Of a DNA stretch of 58,892 nt, positions 52,955 through 58,892 are shown one piece after another; position 1 is the stretch's first letter, and each line of letters opens with the position of its first letter. The notes below the pieces were generated by a model, which searched no databases, was not told where the DNA came from, and saw only the letters and a list, made by a program, of their open reading frames with translations. Location of the stretch: the NCBI GenBank assembly GCA_002269645.1, contig NIVC01004127.1, forward strand, positions 1-58,892. The letters run 5' to 3'. A program made the position numbers and the translations under genes. Source of the stretch: Macrostomum lignano (taxonomy: Eukaryota).

Positions 52955-53339
52955 GGGTGCAAAATTCACTGGCTGTTTTTGACGATTCGGTGTCAGTTTC
53001 GTGCGACTTTGAACAGCAACATTCTGCTGCTAGTAGAAGTTCGTCAAAAACTGATTCTCAGTTCTGCAACTGGGTAGATTTAGCCTGGAAACCGGGCAGT
53101 GCTTGGCAGATTCGCTATCTGACAGAGTTCAACACTCAGGCTGTCTGTCTGCACGGCGGCTCAGCCAGACTGCAGAGTCCCTGGTGGATTGATTCTGCTA
53201 GTAGCAATTTCAGGCGTCAGAGTGCTCAGTGCTTGTCGTTTGCTTATCACGTAACTCCTAACAATCAATTAGGAGATTCATCGAAGTCTTCTATCGAAAC
53301 TGACTTACCTCAACTGGCTTTATTGAAGAATACTCACGG
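52955..53339 (+). CDS. Variable exon V1, N-terminal part of a MAM-like domain
   Basis: CTAG|GG acceptor. SCDFEQ...FCNWVD...WQIRY...ARLQSPW...QCLSFAYH...LALLKNTHG|GTAAGT. 385 nt (3n+1). Confidence 0.85.
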
Positions 53340-53653
53340 GTAAGTTTAGGTTTTTATTAACTCAAGGGAAAAACGTCTCTTGCCAACAGCACAAACTCGT
53401 GCATCTTTCTAACGATAGAAATCACTTAGTCAATTGACCTTTTTTCTCGGAAAGCATCCCTGACGACATGCATTGTTAAAACATAACATTACCACCTCTA
53501 ACAGGACTTGTGGCTTAGTTTTTTTAGTGATATCGCAATTAGTCCTTGTATAAGTTTATGGAGCAGCGAGTCTGCTCCGAGATTTCCTACATAAAGTCTA
53601 CTGCTTATAATTATTAATATGCTTTATGCAGTGTTGGAGGCAGTTGCAGTCAG

Positions 53654-54021
53654 TACTGGAGCTAGTGTAATGGAAGAAAGTCCCTATCAACGGATCGCTG
53701 GTCAAGCGACGGTTATAATCGGGAATTAGAATGGCGTCGATTTGCTATTCATAGCAGTCTGAACGCTGGTTCTCCTGCCTCGTCAGTTAACGTTAGAACC
53801 GGATCTGCAATTACGAATAGTTGGTGCACAGCTGGATTGATTCCTTCACCGTCGGTTGCTGTGTCTGGTCGGTTGTTAAGCGACTGGGTGCGCAGCGGCC
53901 GCGATAGCAGCAATGGACTCTGCTTGTCGTTTAGTTATCGTATCGACTATGGACCAGAACGACGGAAAAGCGATGTTGACGATACCGCCGCAGTGTTGGC
54001 TCTTCTAAGGCGATCGTCGGG
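53654..54021 (+). CDS. Variable exon V2 (5' boundary uncertain; in-frame TAG at 53663 suggests an indel or pseudo-exon)
   Basis: C...RWSSDGYNRELEWR...SGRLLSDWV...LCLSFSYRID...LALLRRSSG|GTTAGA. Confidence 0.6.
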
Positions 54022-54161
54022 GTTAGAAAAATGCTTTGATTTATGTTCTGTTTTTTGCATTTGCTTAGCAACGAGCCTTAGCTTAATTGATTGTGTTCGT
54101 ACTTAGCTTGGCTGGTAACTTGAGAAAATTATTTATAATTACCAACGCTTCGATTGCGCAG

Positions 54162-54525
54162 CGAGTTCACTTTCGTCGTCTGGTAGTGCTAACCGAATGG
54201 TTATTAAACAGCTCACCTGCAGTGGTAGCGGTTTCGGCAGTAGTTCTCAATCTTGTAATTGGTTCAACGATATCGGCTATAATACTGAGGCGCATTGGAA
54301 GTTGGCTAGCATTGCCGATTCGGATGGTAGCGCTGCCACCGCTGCCACTTATCGAACCAGTTATTGCGCAGTTGTCACTGGCGGTGCTACTAGCGCACAG
54401 CTTGTATCGGCTAGATTTGTTAGCCTATTCATTGCTAGCAGTTCGGTCAGCGAAGGCTGCATGCAGTTCTCTTACCAGCTAGTTGATCGGCAGAGTCAAT
54501 TGCAATTGTTGAAGCGCAATTCCGG
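54162..54525 (+). CDS. Variable exon V3, MAM-like N-terminal part
   Basis: GCAG|CG acceptor. KQLTC...CNWFNDIGYNTEAHWKLA...ARFVSLF...CMQFSY...LLKRNSG|GTATGA. 364 nt (3n+1). Confidence 0.85.
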
Positions 54526-54675
54526 GTATGAGAATTGAAAAACACTATTATAGCTATATAACTAGTCATTATTAATGTCCTGTTGCAACGAGCCTTGTAG
54601 AAAATTAGTCAGAATTGGGAGTTTAGCAGTTACACGATTTTACAGTGATTGATTGCTGCTTTCACTGTATTTCAG

Positions 54676-55018
54676 CCTTTGGTTTATCAAACAGCAGATT
54701 TAGTGGCTTTGACATTAAAGCTTTGCAATGTCAAAGCAATGGCGCTGATACATGTCTATGGAGCGATGACAATGGCTACAATACAAAAGCGCACTGGAAG
54801 CTGGCTGCTGTGCAGTCTTCGCCAGACTCTCCGTTACACCGATCAGCTTTCTGCATGGTTCCAATAAATCCTAGCGTCACGGCTGCGACCTCAATTTCGG
54901 CTAGATTTGTCAGCTTATTTCTCTCCGAACCGATTGAGTCCGCCTGCTTGCAGTTTGTGTATCAGTTGGTACCTGCAGCCTCAGCTCCATCGCTCCAGTT
55001 GCTTAAACGTCACTCTGG
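54676..55018 (+). CDS. Variable exon V4, MAM-like N-terminal part
   Basis: TCAG|CC acceptor. ALQC...CLWSDDNGYNTKAHWKLA...ARFVSLF...CLQFVY...LLKRHSG|GTAAAT. 343 nt (3n+1). Confidence 0.85.
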
Positions 55019-55135
55019 GTAAATTGCACAGGATTCCCCTTTAATTTTTTTTCGAATAGGATGGAGCAACGAAACCTTGATTGACCAAAACTCTGTTGAT
55101 AATTTAGTAAAATAATGGCTTGAAAAATAATCTAG

Positions 55136-55445
55136 TTACCGGTCTATCTGATGAAGCTGTAAAACAATTGCACTGCGATAGTGGATCCCGCTGCTATTGG
55201 CTAGATGACAGTTACAATACTGACGCCCACTGGCAGTTGGCTACTGTTACTGAGAGTTCTCGCTTTCAAACGCACTATTGCCTAATTAGAGATGTGTCGG
55301 CGCTTAAACGTGTAACTAAGGCTCGTTTTGTTAGCCGCTTTGTTACTGACAGCAAAGTGGGCTGTTTGCACTTTCGCTATCTGATCAGTCAGCAGGATGA
55401 TGAGTTAAGTGGTGCGGATCTGCACCTGCTTCGACGGAATCGAGG
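55136..55445 (+). CDS. Variable exon V5, MAM-like N-terminal part
   Basis: CTAG|TT acceptor. KQLHC...CYWLDDSYNTDAHWQLA...ARFVSRF...CLHFRY...LLRRNRG|GTATGG. 310 nt (3n+1). Confidence 0.85.
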
Positions 55446-55614
55446 GTATGGCGCTGGTTTCTTTTGTACTCTTAGTTATGATGCTGCATGATTACTTACT
55501 GTTATTTTAAACTTGTTCAAACAAACACGAGCAACGAGCCTTGACTAGCTTGCAGTTTCTTTATAAACTGATAATTATATAGTCCAGGTTATACATTAGA
55601 TGGCTCTCTTGCAG

Positions 55615-55900
55615 CAACTAAAATAGATCTGCAGTGCACAGCTCGAGGTCACTGTGCCTGGCTCAACGACGTTTTCAATCGTCTGCACTGGACCTTGGCA
55701 GACGTTGGTGCAGTTGCTGGTGGTAACACTGGCCTGTGTCTTGTACCTCAGTCGGTGTCGTCATCTTCTGTTGGTAGCGATGCAGGCGGTCAATTTGTCA
55801 GTCCGACGGTATTTTCTAAAGTTAGCGGTCAGATGTGTCTTCAGTTTGTCTACTGGACTGCTGGTCGAGCTAAATTGAATCTATTAAAGCGCAGTTTAGG
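55615..55900 (+). CDS. Variable exon V6, MAM-like N-terminal part (alternative same-phase acceptors give starts at 55588 or 55600)
   Basis: DLQC...CAWLNDVFNRLHWTLA...GQFVSPTV...MCLQFVYW...LLKRSLG|GTATGA. 286 nt (3n+1). Confidence 0.8.
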
Positions 55901-56042
55901 GTATGATTTATCATTTTAGCGATGCTTGAACCGTCAAGATATATTTAGTTAATTTGATTTGATGCAACGAGCCTTGTCTAAAGTTTCTGTTTATAATAGA
56001 TCTTTAACGACTACATTGACTCTTTCGGAAAATCAATTTTAG

Positions 56043-56397
56043 CCGGTACATTAGCTGCAGTGTCAGTACCCGAGTTAACGTGCATAAGTACGTCAGCTAG
56101 CCCTTGCACTTGGCGCGACGATCAAGATAATATTGACGCTCATTGGCGCGCCTCCTTGTATCCGTCGGCTGCATTTCAGTCACCGCGATGTCTAGTGCCG
56201 GAGCCAAGCGTTTTGTCGGGTTCTAGCTACTCTAGCTCACGACCCTTAACCGTAGCTCGGTTTGTTAGCCAATGGCTTACTGGCAGACGTGGTGATATGT
56301 GTCTTCAGTTTGCCTATCGAATTGATCAACCGATGGCTACTCGTAAAGAGACAACTGTTGCTGGTGCTGGATTAAGCTTGCTGAAACGGAGCAGAGG
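56043..56397 (+). CDS. Variable exon V7, MAM-like N-terminal part
   Basis: TTAG|CC acceptor. PELTC...CTWRDDQDNIDAHW...ARFVSQW...MCLQFAY...LLKRSRG|GTATGA. 355 nt (3n+1). Confidence 0.85.
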
Positions 56398-56555
56398 GTA
56401 TGAGTTGGCTATAAAAATAATGCAAAAAACGTGAAATAACTGGAGTAACGAGCTTTTGTCATAAAATTTCAGTTAGTGTCCTTGGAATTTTGGCTTAAAT
56501 ATTGTAAGAGATGCATGTCTAATTATTTAACTGCTAGACTGTTTTTCCACCTCAG

Positions 56556-56874
56556 CGACGCTTGAACAGTTGTCCTGCCACGCTGGCGGTCACTGCAGTT
56601 GGCGTGATGATTTCGACAATAAAGGCGCCCACTGGGTGTCCGCCCTGGATGCTGCAAGCGACGCGTCCTCGTTAGGCAGCGGCAGATCGCACCTGTGCTT
56701 GGTTCAGAGCGGACCTCAGCCGCACAGTTTAGTGACTGGTCGCTTTGAGAGTCACTGGATTGCTGCCACTAAATCTGATAATGAGCAGCAGTTGTCGCCA
56801 TCTGTTTGCCTCACGTTCAGCTACTTGACGGCGCCGCGGGAGGTGTCGCTGAGTTTGCTCAAGCGAAACTGGGG
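56556..56874 (+). CDS. Variable exon V8, MAM-like N-terminal part
   Basis: TCAG|CG acceptor. EQLSC...CSWRDDFDNKGAHW...GRFESHW...VCLTFSY...LLKRNWG|GTAAAA. 319 nt (3n+1). Confidence 0.85.
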
Positions 56875-56987
56875 GTAAAAGAAATTGAGTTTAAATTTTG
56901 TTTACTTTGTGAGCAATGAGCTTTGCCATTAGTTATTGCTTGTATTTTAAAATTGTTTTTGTGACGCTTGCCTGAACATGAATTCAG

Positions 56988-57345
56988 CTTCTAAAATGGC
57001 TGACGAACGTCTTGCTTGTTCTTCGAGCACTTCGGCAATCTGTGCTTGGCGAAACGATCTTGACAACAAAGACGGCGCTTGGAAAATGACGCTGGAGCCG
57101 CCTGGCTTTAGCCGCGCAGCACTCTCGTCTTACTGTTTGGTTCCTATCAGGCGTCCAATGTCATCTGGCAGGAGTTCTGTCAGTCTAGTTGCTGAATTTC
57201 ATAGCGCTTGGGTGTCTGGAGGGACGACAGGATCAGACCCTAGTGCTGGTCAATTGTGTCTTCAGTTTGCATTTAGAGTGAAGGATTCGTTCCATTCTTC
57301 TAGTGCCAGCGCGGCAAAACTGGTTCTGCTAAAACGCGTCTCTGG
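56988..57345 (+). CDS. Variable exon V9, MAM-like N-terminal part
   Basis: TCAG|CT acceptor. ERLAC...CAWRNDLDNKDGAW...AEFHSAW...LCLQFAF...LLKRVSG|GTAGGA. 358 nt (3n+1). Confidence 0.85.
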
Positions 57346-57471
57346 GTAGGAGTTTTTGCATCATGTTTATTCCCGCTTCTTTAGGCGAGCCTTGCCAAGT
57401 TTATTGAATTTGATAGCACACCTGTGGTAGCTGAAATTGTAACCGTTTTTTATGTCTTTTTTTCAAATAAG

Positions 57472-57814
57472 TTACCCACTGCGTTTCGGTTGACTGCTCC
57501 TCAAAATTGCCAAATGTTTGCACATGGAGCGACGGTCAATTCAATCGAGCTGCCAACTGGAAGGTCGCAATTGACTCCAATAGTCGCTGTGCTTCCTATT
57601 GCCTCGTTCCAAATAAGATTAGGTCTCAAGCGATGACGTCATCACGTAGCTCTTCGGCACAGGCTTACACTGGAAGCTTTCTTAGTGGCTGGATTGTCGC
57701 TGAAGAGTCAAGACAGAATCCAATGTGTCTGCAATTCAATTACAAGTTTGTTCTAGCAGAGCCAGTAATATCCAAGCCTGGATTGCAACTGGCTTTGTTA
57801 AAGCGTACATTTGG
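57472..57814 (+). CDS. Variable exon V10, MAM-like N-terminal part
   Basis: TAAG|TT acceptor. SVDCSSKLPNVCTWSDGQFNRAANWK...GSFLSGW...MCLQFNYKF...LLKRTFG|GTATGT. 343 nt (3n+1). Confidence 0.82.
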
Positions 57815-57936
57815 GTATGTTTTTGGATTAAATTGGAGCAACGAGTCTTATTAATCAATTTTTAGCTTGATAAAAAATGCATCAAGTTTAATTAGTATAT
57901 GTAAAGCATCTAGAACTCGTAAATGCCCTCTTATAG

Positions 57937-58255
57937 CCGTCTCAATTGATTGCTCATCGACCTCGCCTACTTTTTGCACTTGGAGCGATTCACCTTTTAA
58001 TCGGGCAGCCAATTGGAAGGCCGCAATCGATCCCAGCGTTCGTAGCGGTGGTAGAAGCGCGTCCTATTGCTTGATTCCAAATAGACCAGTAGCTACAGAA
58101 GACACTACTCACAGCGGTAGCTTTCTTAGTAATTGGATAACCAAAACGAAAGAATCCGGTTCGCCAGAGCAGCAGATGTGTGTTCAGTTTGCGTACAAGT
58201 TTATTGGTTCGCCAATGACTAGAATGCATCTGGCTCTGTTAAAGCGTTCATATGG
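57937..58255 (+). CDS. Variable exon V11, MAM-like N-terminal part
   Basis: ATAG|CC acceptor. SIDCSSTSPTFCTWSDSPFNRAANWK...GSFLSNW...MCVQFAYKF...LLKRSYG|GTAAGG. 319 nt (3n+1). Confidence 0.85.
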
Positions 58256-58385
58256 GTAAGGTCTAAAACCTGTCAGGTAAAAGTGAGCTTTTTACAGTAG
58301 AGTTTCTTTGAGCAACGAGTCCTTGTGTATGCTGCTTTTTCATTTTTGCTATAGGTACGTTTGTACTTGTTTTATTGCGTTATAG

Positions 58386-58715
58386 TGACATGTCTTGCCT
58401 CTTCGATTAATTGCTCGTCCAATTCGCCTATGCTCTGCTCGTGGAGCGATTATCCATTCAATCGAGCCGCTAATTGGAAGGCAACAATCGATTCTAATAG
58501 TCGTTCGTCCTCTTATTGTTTAATTCCTAATGCGGCTTTGGTGATGCCTATTAATGCAGCGTCTGAACAAGGATTTGCGGCCAGCTTTATTAGCGGTTGG
58601 ATCGCTGGAAAAAACCAACGCTCGATGTGCTTGCAGTTTGCGTATAAATTTTAGTGTCATCTCAATTGCCTGAACGTAGGCAGTCTTCTCTGGCATTATT
58701 GAAACGTTCATTTGG
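58386..58715 (+). CDS. Variable exon V12, MAM-like N-terminal part (one T missing in the run at about 58649-58652)
   Basis: ATAG|TG acceptor. SINCSSNSPMLCSWSDYPFNRAANWK...MCLQFAYKF, then a frame shift to ...LALLKRSFG|GTATGC. Adding one T gives 331 nt (3n+1). Confidence 0.78.
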
Positions 58716-58892
58716 GTATGCTTTTATTTCAACTGATGCGATAAAAAAATGAGTACAAAAAGGTTCTGCTGCCCCCATAGATTAAAAAATTTCGTCAGGA
58801 GCGATGCATTGAAAAGCCTTAAAATGCGTCGTATGTTTGGTCATGAAGCTTTACTCCGGGCCTCTGTGAGACTGTATATTCGGTGCAACAAA

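Noticed and set aside
52955-58715. Reading the 12 modules as one constitutive multi-MAM protein, or as 12 separate genes
   Set aside because: The exons are 3n+1, so tandem splicing frameshifts, and each encodes an incomplete domain. Only one signal-peptide exon was found, and the inter-exon gaps (about 110-315 nt) show no separate start exons.

Overview
This is eukaryotic (metazoan) genomic DNA with GT-AG introns, a very high load of tandem repeats and transposons, and 1-bp homopolymer slips typical of long-read assembly. The style suggests a flatworm such as Macrostomum, which is an inference only. Host genes, spliced by hand: a Six1/2 (sine oculis) homeobox gene (+, 3 exons), a single-exon consortin-like tail-anchored protein (-), an MFS transporter of the SLC49A3/MFSD7 type (-, 3 coding exons), a low-specificity L-threonine aldolase (+, at least 8 exons), and the 5' part of a secreted MAM-like gene (+, from 52459 to beyond the window end). 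Mobile DNA: a full-length hAT transposon with TIRs and TSD, several non-autonomous hAT/MITE elements, a decayed mariner, tRNA-derived SINEs (one with a CORE-like domain) and a LINE 3' fragment. The standout is the last 6.4 kb. One signal-peptide exon is followed by 12 paralogous exons, each encoding only the N-terminal part of a MAM-like domain. Eleven are phase 1 to phase 2 (3n+1, so they cannot be joined in tandem in frame); one of these needs a 1-bp homopolymer repair, and the twelfth (V2) has an unresolved 5' end. A single sequence in the first intron (52605-52626, TTGGCAAGGCTCGTTGCTCCAT) is the reverse complement of a motif found about 45-95 nt upstream of every one of the 12 exons, and most substitutions preserve pairing as G-U wobbles. 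This is the architecture of a Dscam1-style docking-site/selector mutually exclusive exon cluster, here in a MAM-domain gene of an apparently non-arthropod animal.
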